Position numbers and translations under genes: made by a program. 64,000 nt of DNA. It comes from an uncultured Pirellulales bacterium (GTDB lineage Bacteria > Planctomycetota > Planctomycetia > Pirellulales > S012-138). The stretch is taken from contig CAZEEG010000002.1 of the NCBI GenBank assembly GCA_964511065.1, forward strand, positions 41,960 through 105,959, read 5' to 3'. Under the pieces are notes generated by a model. That model was not told the DNA's origin. It did no database searches and saw only the letters and a list, made by a program, of their open reading frames with translations. Positions 18,803 to 28,005 of the stretch are shown in pieces. Position 1 is the first letter of the stretch; each line of letters opens with the position of its first letter.

Positions 18803-21800
18803 ATGAACTCACGCCAGTATGCCGCTTCGCCCAGCGAAGGTGCCGCGAACCTGATCGAGGTCTTTCGCCGCCGCGTTGCCGAACAGCCCGATGATCTGCT
18901 GTATACCTTCCTCCACGATGACGAGGGCCAGATAAGCCGCCGGACCTACGGCCAGATCGATCGCGAGGCCCGCGCGATTGCCTGCCGTTTGCAGCAACTT
19001 GGCCTGCAAGGACAACGGGCGCTGTTGATTTACGACCCTGGCTTGGAGTTCACCACGGCCCTGGTAGGCTGCCTGTATGCGGGCGTGATCGCCGTACCGG
19101 CTTATCCGCCCGATCCCATGCGCAGCCACCGCGTGATCCCGCGTTTGCAGTCCATCGCGACCAATGCCCAAGGCACCGTGCTTTTGACGTCCAGGAGCCT
19201 TGCGGAATGGGCCGAGGGCCTGTTCAGCCGGCTGGATGGGATCGAAGCCGTACTGGCCACCGACGAGATCGACCTGGCCCTGGCCGAGCAGTGGCAACAA
19301 CCGCCCACCGATCGCGACACGGTGGCCATTCTCCAATACACCTCGGGCTCCACCGGCGCACCGCGAGGCGTGGTGATCGACCATGGCAACCTGATTGCCA
19401 ACCTCTCGCAGATTCACATGCTGCTGCACGATGAAACCAACGTGCTCTGCAGTTGGCTGCCGCCGTATCACGACATGGGCCTGATGGGCCACCTGCTCAG
19501 TTGGCATAGCGCGCGGCATATCGTATTCTTGTCCCCCCTGGCGTTCTTCCAGCGGCCGGTGCGCTGGCTGCGGACCTTTGCCGACTACGGGGTTACGTGC
19601 AGCGCTGCGCCGGATTTTGCCTTCGACCACTGCATCCAAAAGGTCAGCGCCGAGGATCGTGCAACGCTCGACCTGAGCAACTGGCAAGTGGCCCTCAACG
19701 GCGCCGAAATGATCCGGCCGGAAACCCTGGAACGGTTCCTGGAAGTCTTCGGCCCCTGCGGCATGCGGCGCGAAGCCTTCTATCCCAGCTACGGGATGGC
19801 CGAGGGCACCGTGATGGTGTCCGGCGGCGTTCGCAGCGCACCGTACATCACCAAGACCGTCGATCTCACCGCCCTGAGTGAGAATCGCGTAGTCGAAGTC
19901 GACGCCGATGCGGACAACGCCCGCACCTTCGTTGGTTGCGGAAATGCAGTCCCCGGTGGAAAAGTCATCATCGTCGATCCCGATTCGCTCCAGCGGTTGC
20001 CCGACGGCGAAGTGGGCGAAATCTGGACCGCTGGCCCCAACGTGGCCCGCGGCTACTGGAACAACCCGGAAGCCACCGAGGAACGGTTCCGCGCCTTCAC
20101 CGCCGATGGCGACGGCCCGTATCTCCGCACGGGCGACATGGGATTCTTGGATCAAGGCGAGGTCTTCGTCACGGGCCGGTTGAAGGACGTAATCATTGTC
20201 TGGGGCCGTAACCATTACCCGCAGGATATTGAGCAAACGGTCGAGAGCATCCATCCCGACCTCAAGCGGTATGGCGCGGCCGTGTTCAGCGCGGAGATTG
20301 AAGGCCGCGAACGTGTAGTGCTGGTGCAGGAGATTCGCCGCCCGCAAAAGCATGACCTGGACAAGCTGCTGGAGGACATCCGCAACGAGGTCGCCGCCGA
20401 GCATCAAATTCCGCTGGACGTGATCGTGCTGATCAAGTTGGGCGAGTTGCCCAAGACCTCCAGCGGCAAGATTCAGCGGAGCATCGCGAGGGAACAGTTC
20501 CTGGCCGGTGCACTGGACGAAGTGGCGCGCTGGGAAGGCGAGTTCAAGCCGATCCGATTGCCCAAACCCGAGGAGTACGTCGCCCCCAGCACCGCCACCG
20601 AGAAGATTCTGGCAGAAGTGTGGCAGGAGGCGTTGGGCGTGGATCGTGTCGGCATCCACGACAATTTCTTTGACTTAGGGGGCCATTCGCTGCTGGCCAC
20701 GCAGTTGGCGACGCGGCTGGCACCCCATTTCCAGATCGAAGTTCCGCTGCGCGACGTGTTCGAGCGGCCGACCATCGCCGCACTGGCCGAGTATATCGAC
20801 CAGGCGATGGGGAAGCGTGCCGGCGGCGCGGCCTCCATGCCCCGGGGATCGCAGGGCCAGAACGGTGAAACACGGCGCCAGAATGGTGAAGCACCCGGCC
20901 ACCATGGTGAAATGCCGGGCCTCGATCACGCGCACGATCCGCTGGATGACATCCTGGCCGCCGTTGAGAACATGAGCGACGAAGAGGCGCAGCAGAAACT
21001 GGTCGAGATCGATCCCAGCATCGCGCCGCGGCACCATGAGTACCTGATCATCGGGGCAGGCCCCGGCGGCTTGCAGTTGGGTTATTTCCTCCAGGCGGCC
21101 GGACGCGACTACTGCATCCTGGAACGCGAAGCACAGGCGGGTTCGTCGTTCCAGAAGTTCCCCCGCCACCGCCGGTTGACCTCCATCAACAAGGTCTTTA
21201 CCGGGTACGACGACAACGAGATCAACCTGCGTTGGGACGGCAACTCGCTACTGGCCGACGACAGCGGCCCTCTGCTGAAAGACTTCACCAAGGAGTTCTA
21301 CCCGCCGGCCGATGCCGTGGTGGAATACCTCAACGAGTACACCCAGCGCTACGAATTGAACGTACGGTATCAGACCAACGTCCGCCGCATCAGCCGCGAT
21401 GGAGGCATCTTCCGCGTGGTGGACGACCTGGGCCGGGTTCATACCTCGCGTGTCTTGGTGCTGGCTACCGGCGCCTCGCTCCCGTATCGGCCCAACATTC
21501 AAGGCATCGAACTGGCCGAAGATTACACGGAGATGTCGCTGGATTGCGACGATTACGTCGGGCAGCGGGTTCTGATCCTGGGTAAGGGAAACGCAGCGTT
21601 TGAAACGGCGAACCATCTGCTCGGCGTGGCTTCGCAGATTCACCTGATCGGTCCCCATCCCGTAAAGCTGGCCTGCAATACGCACCACCTGGGCGACTTG
21701 CACTCGGTCAATGGCGGCCTGCTGGATACCTGCCTGCTCAACCAGCAGAACGCGCTGCTGGATGCTCAACTGGTCAAGCTGGCGCAGCGCGACGACAAGA

Positions 21801-22603
21801 TCGTGGCCACCGTGTCCCAACTCCACGCCCGAGGCGAAGTGGAAGAACTGGAATACGACCGCGTGCTTTGCTGCACGGGCTTCCGGTTCGACGACAGCCT
21901 CTTCGACGAATCGTGCATTCCGGCCACGGCGATCACGGGCCGCTTCCCGGCCCAGACGGCCGCCTGGGAATCGACCAATGTACCCAACCTGTATTTCGCG
22001 GGTACGTTGATGCAGATGCGTGATTTCCAAGCGAAGCAAAGCGCTTTCACGAGCGGTTTTCGATACAACATCCACTTGTTGCACCGTCTGTTGGAGGCGC
22101 GCTATCACGGCGTGCCGCTGCCGGCCTTGCAAGTGGAGTGTACGCCTGAAGCGATCGTCGAACAGATGGTTCACCGGGCCAATACCAGCTCGAGCCTGTG
22201 GCACCAGCACGGCTACTTGTGCGATGCCCTGGTCATTCGCCCCGGCCAACCGGCCCTCTATTACGAGGACCTTTCCATCGACTACGTGGTGGAAAGCGAA
22301 TTGGGACAGCACGAGCACTACTACCTGTTGACGATGGAGTATGGTAAGAACGTCGACGCGCATGCCGACCCACTCGCCCTGCCTGGTGCTAACACCAATG
22401 GGCTGCACCGGCCCAAGACCACTACCGGGATTCACCCGGTCGTACGGCGGTACCATCGCGGCGCCAAGGTGGCCGAACACCACGTGGCCGACAACCTGCT
22501 TTCCGAGTTCAAGGACCCCATCCACGTGGAGCCGCAGTTGCGGTTCTTCCGCGAACAACTTGGTCTGGCTGGGGTGCCGACAACTCCCGCCGATTCCAAG
22601 TAA
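18803..22603 (+). CDS. Fatty acyl-AMP ligase - carrier domain - FAD/NAD(P)-dependent oxidoreductase (FOXRED2-like) fusion
   Basis: LQYTSGSTGAPRG, WLPPYHDMGL, YGMAE, FAAL-type insertion, PKTSSGK; T domain DNFFDLGGHSL (Ser codon 20687-20689); IIGAGPGG and ILGKGNAA dinucleotide folds, CTGFRFD, GFRYN. Confidence 0.9.
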   Translation: MNSRQYAASPSEGAANLIEVFRRRVAEQPDDLLYTFLHDDEGQISRRTYGQIDREARAIACRLQQLGLQGQRALLIYDPGLEFTTALVGCLYAGVIAVPAYPPDPMRSHRVIPRLQSIATNAQGTVLLTSRSLAEWAEGLFSRLDGIEAVLATDEIDLALAEQWQQPPTDRDTVAILQYTSGSTGAPRGVVIDHGNLIANLSQIHMLLHDETNVLCSWLPPYHDMGLMGHLLSWHSARHIVFLSPLAFFQRPVRWLRTFADYGVTCSAAPDFAFDHCIQKVSAEDRATLDLSNWQVALNGAEMIRPETLERFLEVFGPCGMRREAFYPSYGMAEGTVMVSGGVRSAPYITKTVDLTALSENRVVEVDADADNARTFVGCGNAVPGGKVIIVDPDSLQRLPDGEVGEIWTAGPNVARGYWNNPEATEERFRAFTADGDGPYLRTGDMGFLDQGEVFVTGRLKDVIIVWGRNHYPQDIEQTVESIHPDLKRYGAAVFSAEIEGRERVVLVQEIRRPQKHDLDKLLEDIRNEVAAEHQIPLDVIVLIKLGELPKTSSGKIQRSIAREQFLAGALDEVARWEGEFKPIRLPKPEEYVAPSTATEKILAEVWQEALGVDRVGIHDNFFDLGGHSLLATQLATRLAPHFQIEVPLRDVFERPTIAALAEYIDQAMGKRAGGAASMPRGSQGQNGETRRQNGEAPGHHGEMPGLDHAHDPLDDILAAVENMSDEEAQQKLVEIDPSIAPRHHEYLIIGAGPGGLQLGYFLQAAGRDYCILEREAQAGSSFQKFPRHRRLTSINKVFTGYDDNEINLRWDGNSLLADDSGPLLKDFTKEFYPPADAVVEYLNEYTQRYELNVRYQTNVRRISRDGGIFRVVDDLGRVHTSRVLVLATGASLPYRPNIQGIELAEDYTEMSLDCDDYVGQRVLILGKGNAAFETANHLLGVASQIHLIGPHPVKLACNTHHLGDLHSVNGGLLDTCLLNQQNALLDAQLVKLAQRDDKIVATVSQLHARGEVEELEYDRVLCCTGFRFDDSLFDESCIPATAITGRFPAQTAAWESTNVPNLYFAGTLMQMRDFQAKQSAFTSGFRYNIHLLHRLLEARYHGVPLPALQVECTPEAIVEQMVHRANTSSSLWHQHGYLCDALVIRPGQPALYYEDLSIDYVVESELGQHEHYYLLTMEYGKNVDAHADPLALPGANTNGLHRPKTTTGIHPVVRRYHRGAKVAEHHVADNLLSEFKDPIHVEPQLRFFREQLGLAGVPTTPADSK
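20856..20920 (+). repeat. Three degenerate 21-bp tandem units in the linker (GQNGETR/RQNGEAP/GHHGEMP)
   Basis: ggccagaacggtgaaacacgg-cgccagaatggtgaagcaccc-ggccaccatggtgaaatgccg. Confidence 0.7.
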
Positions 22604-23028
22604 GCTAAAGCCTTTGCCGGCCGTCGCCCTCCCTACAGCCTGTAACGCCGCGGCAAGCGGCCTTCAGTGAGGAGAGGCATCGGGCGGCAGCCTTCCCGGC
22701 CCCCTGTGGCGCTACCGTCATGCCACGGGGGGAAATTACTTGAAGGGCCCGTGAGCCCGCGGACGTTGCAGAACATGCCGGCCGATTCGACATGACGAAC
22801 GCGTACGATACAGCGGTGAGGCCAACCTGGGCCCTTCAGCCTCGGTTGGTGGCGCTTTACCTTCGTGCCGCCCCCGGGTGGCACGCGGTGTGACCGCCCA
22901 GTACGGTGCGGGTCGCGATGCATGGACTGGCGCGACCTTTCGGGCACGGATTGCTTCCAAACCCGTTCCCCCCACGCAACCACTCTCCTCTCTGTCTGCG
23001 CGGAACCAGGCGGTTCCGATCACCGTCC

Positions 23029-26000
23029 ATGAAACACAAGCACTTGGCCGAACGTCTCAAACATCTTTCGCCAGCCAAGCGGGCCTTGGTGGAAAAACTG
23101 CTTCAACAGCAGGCCGAAGCAGATGCCACCGCGGATGCCCAGTCGCACGCAGCCAACGGCGAACGTGGTGTGCCCTCAAGCACCAGTGTAGCGACCGCGG
23201 CGGACGCCGCGCCAACGCCGGCGAGTATGGTATCGCCCGAGGGTCAGCATCCGCCGCGGCCATCGGAAGGTCCGCTTTCGTTTGGGCAGCAACGGCTATG
23301 GTTCCTGGATCAGCTTGAACCGGGCGCCGCCTTTTACAACGTGTCGGCGGCAGTGCGGCTCGAAGGACCAGTCGATTCGCGGCTATTACGCCAAGCGCTC
23401 GAAGCCGCGGTGCAGCGGCACGAAGCGCTTCGCACGCGATTTCGCAACCGCGACGGCCAACCTTACCAGCAAGTGATGCCGAGCTTGCCGCCGCTGTGGC
23501 GCGAGGTTGATCTTTCAGCCCTGGCACCTGAGGAACGCGACGCAAAGTTGCAGGAATATGCCATCGAAGAAGCCAATCGGCCGTTCGACCTGGCAACCGG
23601 TCCACTGGTTCGCGCGGTGCTGTTTCAACTCGGCCCCCAGTCGCAAGTGCTGCTGTTGGTACTGCACCACATTGTGTGCGATGGCTGGTCTCTGGCCGTG
23701 CTGCGTTACGAACTGGCTGCCTACTACGAAGCCGTGGCGCAGGGAAAACCCAATCCGCTCCCGCCTCTGAGCCGGCAATACATCGATTACGCGCTCTGGC
23801 AGCGGGAGTGGATCCAGGGCGAATCGTTCGCCCGGCAGCTTGCCTATTGGCGGCAACGGCTGGAAGGCTCGCCCCCTTGGCTGGAACTGCCAACCGATTT
23901 CCCCCGGCCGGCAGTACAGACCTTCCGCGGTGCCACGGTGCGGGCGCCCCTTTCAGCCGAGTTAAGCGACGCCCTGAAACAACTCGCCCGGGCGCACCAG
24001 GCCACGCCGTTCATGGTGCTGCTGGCCGCCTGGCAGGTGTTGTTGTCGCGGATCTCGGGCAGTCCCGATATTTGGGTCGGCACGCCGGTGGCCGGCCGCA
24101 GCCGGGCGGAGTTTGAACCGCTGGTTGGCTTCTTCGTCAACACGCTGGTCTTGCGGGGAGAGATCACTCCCAATGCCAGCTTCTGTGAGTATTTGGATCA
24201 AGTCCGCCAGAACACGCTCGATGCCTTCGACCATCAAGGTGTGCCGTTCGAGCGCCTGGTGGAAGCCATCCAGCCCCAACGCGACCTGAGTCGCACCCCG
24301 CTGTTCCAGACCATGTTCGTGCTGCAGAACGCGCCGGTCGCATCGCACCGCCTGGCCGACTTGAGCATTGCCGACGTGGACCTGGGACACGTCCAGGCTA
24401 CCAACTTCGATCTCACGCTCAACGTCAGCCAGGGACGGCAGTTCGACCTGCTGTTGGTGTACAACCGCGACCTGTTCCGGCCGGAATCCGCCCAACGATT
24501 GCTCGACGCATTCAAGAGCCTGCTGGAAGCCATCGCCCGGAATCCTCACCGGGCCGTCAGCGACCTGCCGCTGCTCAACACCGCCCAGCGGCGCGAGCAA
24601 CTGCTTGAATGGAATGCGGCCGCGGATCAACGGCGGATCGGACACGTGGCGGCCGCCTTTGCCGAGCAGGTCGCCCGCACGCCCGATGCCGTGGCCGTGG
24701 ACGATGGGCATACGGGGCTGACCTACGCTCAGCTCGATCGCCGCGCCAACCAGGTTGCGCACTACCTCCGCAGTCGTGGCATTGGCACCGAAGATGTCGT
24801 GGGGGTTTGCTTCGAGCGCTGCATCGACTTCTACCCGGCTCTGCTGGGTATCTTCAAGGCCGGGGCCGCATACACGCCGCTGGACCCCACCTGGCCAGCG
24901 GCCCGTTTGCAGATGATGGTCGAAGATGCGGACCTGCGGATCGTGCTTTCGCACACCCCGGCGGCGAGCCAACTGCCGGACCTGGTGGCGGCTTCGCCGG
25001 CCTCGGATGCAGCTTCGGATTCAGAGGGCGATGCTGCGCCATCGGCCGAGGCTGCCGAATCGGCGCCGCTGGTGATTGCCGTCGATCAATTGCCGGAGCT
25101 GGCGTCGTTCCCCGAAACGCCGCCGCTGCCGCCCGAGGCGTACGATCCCTCGTCGTTGGCGTACGTGATCTTTACGTCGGGCTCCACGGGTCGGCCCAAG
25201 GGCGTGGAAGTCGAAAATGCCGGCCTGGTGAACCATGCGCACGTCATCATCGAGGCCGCGCAATTGGAGCCCGGCGATCGGATGCTCCAGTACCTCTCGC
25301 TCAGCTTCGACGCGGCCGGCGAGGAAATCTATCCCACGCTGCTTTCCGGCGCCACGCTGGTTGTGCATCCCGCGCCACTGGAGCTGACCGGCGGCGATGC
25401 GCTGGCCTGGTCGAAGCAGCACGGCGTCAATCTGCTGCACGTTCCGCCCGCCGTGTGGCAGCAAATGGTGGAGGTTGCGGAGCGCGAACCGGCCGCGGCC
25501 ACACACCTGAAGGCGTTTCTCACCGGCGGCGATTCGCTATCGGCCGACTTGGTTCGTAGCTGGCTGAAGCATACCGGCGTGCCGATCATCTATCTGTATG
25601 GCGTGACCGAAGCCACGATCACCAGCACCATGTACATCGCCAGCGATGTCCAGCAGGTGCCCGACCGCCCCAGGCTGCCCATCGGCCGCCCCATCAGCGG
25701 CAACGAGGTTTACATCGTCGATGAGCGGTTGCAGCCGCTTCCCGTTGGGGTGGCGGGCGAACTGGTGCTGGCAGGGGTGGGCGTGGCCCGGGGTTACCGC
25801 CGCGCGGCCGGTTCGTCGGCGGCCCGGTTCATACCTCACCCGTTCAATCCTCGCGGTGGGCGGGCGTTCCGGACGGGCGACCTGGCCCGCTTCCTGGACG
25901 ACGGCAACATCGAATTCATCGGCCGGGTCGATCACCAGGTGAAAGTCCGCGGATATCGGATCGAGTTGGGCGAGATCGAAACGGCCCTGGTCCAGCATCC

Positions 26001-27999
26001 CCAGGTTGCCGAGTGCGTTGTGATCGCCCGCGAGGACCAACCCGGCCGCAAACGGCTGGTGGCCTACTACGTTCCCGAAGCAATGGCGGAGGAGGCCCGG
26101 GCGTCAGCCGCCCTGGTGGCCAGGAGCAGCGATAACGACGAGCGGCCACCGGCCGTGCCTGTGGAAGAACTGCTGGAGCACCTGGAAAACCATCTGCCAT
26201 CGTACATGTTGCCCGCGGCGTTTGTGCCGATGGCGATGCTTCCGCGCGAACACAACGGCCGCATTGCGCGGCATCTGCTGCCGGTGCCCGACTCGTCGCG
26301 GCCGGAAATGCGCCAGGCCTTCGTGGCGCCGCAAACCGAGGTCGAACAGAAGCTGGCCCACATCTGGGGCGAGGTCCTCGGCCTGGAGCAAGTGGGTCGC
26401 CACGACAATTTCTTCGAGTTGGGTGGCGACTCCATCCTCACCATTCAAGTGATCGCCAGGGCCTCGGCGGCTGGCTTGCGGCTCAATCCCAAGCAGCTAT
26501 TTCTCAATCAAACGATTGCCGAGTTGGCCCAGGTGGCCGGGACCGGCCCGGAAATCATCGCCGAGCAGGGCGAGGTGGTGGGCCCCACGCCGCTGACACC
26601 GATCCAGCGCGAGTTCCTCGCCCAGCGGCTGGAAAATCCCCATCACTTTAACCAGGCGGTCCTGCTGGTCCCCGGCGAAGCGTTGACCCCTTCGCTCGTG
26701 GCAAGCGCCTTACGGCGGTTGGTGATCCAGCATGATGCCTTGCGGCTGCGCCTGCAGACCGATAGCCAAGGTGCCACCGTGCAGCACACGGTCGGCGTCG
26801 GGGAGGCCGATCTCGATGGACTGTTGATTCGCCGAAGGGTTGCGGATACCGGCGAACTGGCCGCGGAGCTTGCCGAGGTTCAAGCGAGCCTGAACGTCCG
26901 CACCGGGCCGCTGCTGCGCGCGGCGTGGATCGACGTGGTCGGGCAGGAGCCGCGCCTGCTGCTGGTGATTCACCACTTGGCCGTAGACGCCGTAAGCTGG
27001 CGGATTCTGGTGGAAGACCTCCAGACGCTGTGCCATGGTTTGCTCCAATCGCTCGATGCCCCGCTGCCGGCCAAGACCACCAGTTTCCAGGATTGGGCCC
27101 GGCGGCTGGAAGAAGAAGCCGCTACCCCGCAGCGTCTCGCGGAACAGGCCCACTGGTTGGAAACCCTGCGGGTTCCCGGTGCCATCCCCGTCGATCATCC
27201 CGAGGGAAGCAACTGCGCCGGCGATATCCAGCGGCACACCTCTTTGCTCACGGCGGAGGAAACCCAGGCCCTGCTGCAGCAGGTGCCTTCGGCTTACCGC
27301 ACCCAGATCCATGAAACGCTGCTGGCGGCCCTGGCCATGACGCTGGCCGATTGGACCGGCTATCGCCGCTGGCGGATCGACCTGGAAGGGCACGGCCGAG
27401 CCGATCTCGACGAGCGGTACGACTTGAGCCGTACCGTCGGCTGGTTCACCACGTTGTACCCGGTGCAGATTCGAGCGGTGGCCCCGGACGATCCGCGTCA
27501 AATGTTGATCGACACCAAGGAGATGCTCCGCGCGGTGCCCGATGGTGGGCTGGGCTTTGGCCTGCTGCGGTGGCTCCATCCGGACGCCGCGGTGCGCGAG
27601 CCGTTGGAAATCACGCCCCGCGAGCCCGCGGCGATTTGCTTTAACTACCTGGGGCAGTTCGATCAGTCGCTCCCGCCCGGCGCGCTGTTCCGCCTGGCCG
27701 ACGAGGACGCCGGACCGCTCCACGATCCGGCGAATCAGCGGCGTCATCAGGTGGAACTGTTGTCGCACATTCACGGGGGATGCCTGCACGTGCAGTGGGT
27801 ATACAGCGGCAAGCAATTTGAACGGTCCACCATCGAGCAGGTTGCCGGTGCCTACCTGGCAGCCATCCGCACGTTGATTGCCCACTGCCAGTCGCCCGAT
27901 GCCGGTTCGTTCACCCCCTCCGACTTCCCCCTGGCCGAACTGGATGCCGAGGACCTCGAATCGCTTTCGGCTTTGCTGGATGATGATGCAGGGGAATGA
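23029..27999 (+). CDS. Non-ribosomal peptide synthetase, C-A-T-E
   Basis: N-terminal LSPAKRALVEKLL docking helix; C HHIVCDGWS; A motifs A1-A9; T LGGDSI; E HHLAVDAVSW, LEGHGR, RTVGWFT; C-terminal TPSDFPL COM motif. Confidence 0.95.
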   Translation: MKHKHLAERLKHLSPAKRALVEKLLQQQAEADATADAQSHAANGERGVPSSTSVATAADAAPTPASMVSPEGQHPPRPSEGPLSFGQQRLWFLDQLEPGAAFYNVSAAVRLEGPVDSRLLRQALEAAVQRHEALRTRFRNRDGQPYQQVMPSLPPLWREVDLSALAPEERDAKLQEYAIEEANRPFDLATGPLVRAVLFQLGPQSQVLLLVLHHIVCDGWSLAVLRYELAAYYEAVAQGKPNPLPPLSRQYIDYALWQREWIQGESFARQLAYWRQRLEGSPPWLELPTDFPRPAVQTFRGATVRAPLSAELSDALKQLARAHQATPFMVLLAAWQVLLSRISGSPDIWVGTPVAGRSRAEFEPLVGFFVNTLVLRGEITPNASFCEYLDQVRQNTLDAFDHQGVPFERLVEAIQPQRDLSRTPLFQTMFVLQNAPVASHRLADLSIADVDLGHVQATNFDLTLNVSQGRQFDLLLVYNRDLFRPESAQRLLDAFKSLLEAIARNPHRAVSDLPLLNTAQRREQLLEWNAAADQRRIGHVAAAFAEQVARTPDAVAVDDGHTGLTYAQLDRRANQVAHYLRSRGIGTEDVVGVCFERCIDFYPALLGIFKAGAAYTPLDPTWPAARLQMMVEDADLRIVLSHTPAASQLPDLVAASPASDAASDSEGDAAPSAEAAESAPLVIAVDQLPELASFPETPPLPPEAYDPSSLAYVIFTSGSTGRPKGVEVENAGLVNHAHVIIEAAQLEPGDRMLQYLSLSFDAAGEEIYPTLLSGATLVVHPAPLELTGGDALAWSKQHGVNLLHVPPAVWQQMVEVAEREPAAATHLKAFLTGGDSLSADLVRSWLKHTGVPIIYLYGVTEATITSTMYIASDVQQVPDRPRLPIGRPISGNEVYIVDERLQPLPVGVAGELVLAGVGVARGYRRAAGSSAARFIPHPFNPRGGRAFRTGDLARFLDDGNIEFIGRVDHQVKVRGYRIELGEIETALVQHPQVAECVVIAREDQPGRKRLVAYYVPEAMAEEARASAALVARSSDNDERPPAVPVEELLEHLENHLPSYMLPAAFVPMAMLPREHNGRIARHLLPVPDSSRPEMRQAFVAPQTEVEQKLAHIWGEVLGLEQVGRHDNFFELGGDSILTIQVIARASAAGLRLNPKQLFLNQTIAELAQVAGTGPEIIAEQGEVVGPTPLTPIQREFLAQRLENPHHFNQAVLLVPGEALTPSLVASALRRLVIQHDALRLRLQTDSQGATVQHTVGVGEADLDGLLIRRRVADTGELAAELAEVQASLNVRTGPLLRAAWIDVVGQEPRLLLVIHHLAVDAVSWRILVEDLQTLCHGLLQSLDAPLPAKTTSFQDWARRLEEEAATPQRLAEQAHWLETLRVPGAIPVDHPEGSNCAGDIQRHTSLLTAEETQALLQQVPSAYRTQIHETLLAALAMTLADWTGYRRWRIDLEGHGRADLDERYDLSRTVGWFTTLYPVQIRAVAPDDPRQMLIDTKEMLRAVPDGGLGFGLLRWLHPDAAVREPLEITPREPAAICFNYLGQFDQSLPPGALFRLADEDAGPLHDPANQRRHQVELLSHIHGGCLHVQWVYSGKQFERSTIEQVAGAYLAAIRTLIAHCQSPDAGSFTPSDFPLAELDAEDLESLSALLDDDAGE

Positions 28000-28005
28000 T
28001 CTGCG

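Noticed and set aside
18809..20659. 616-aa minus-strand ORF (and similar long antisense ORFs at 21248-22558, 26710-28605, 53459-54961, 13821-14975)
   Set aside because: Shadow frames of well-supported genes, expected from high GC3 codon bias; no recognisable motifs.
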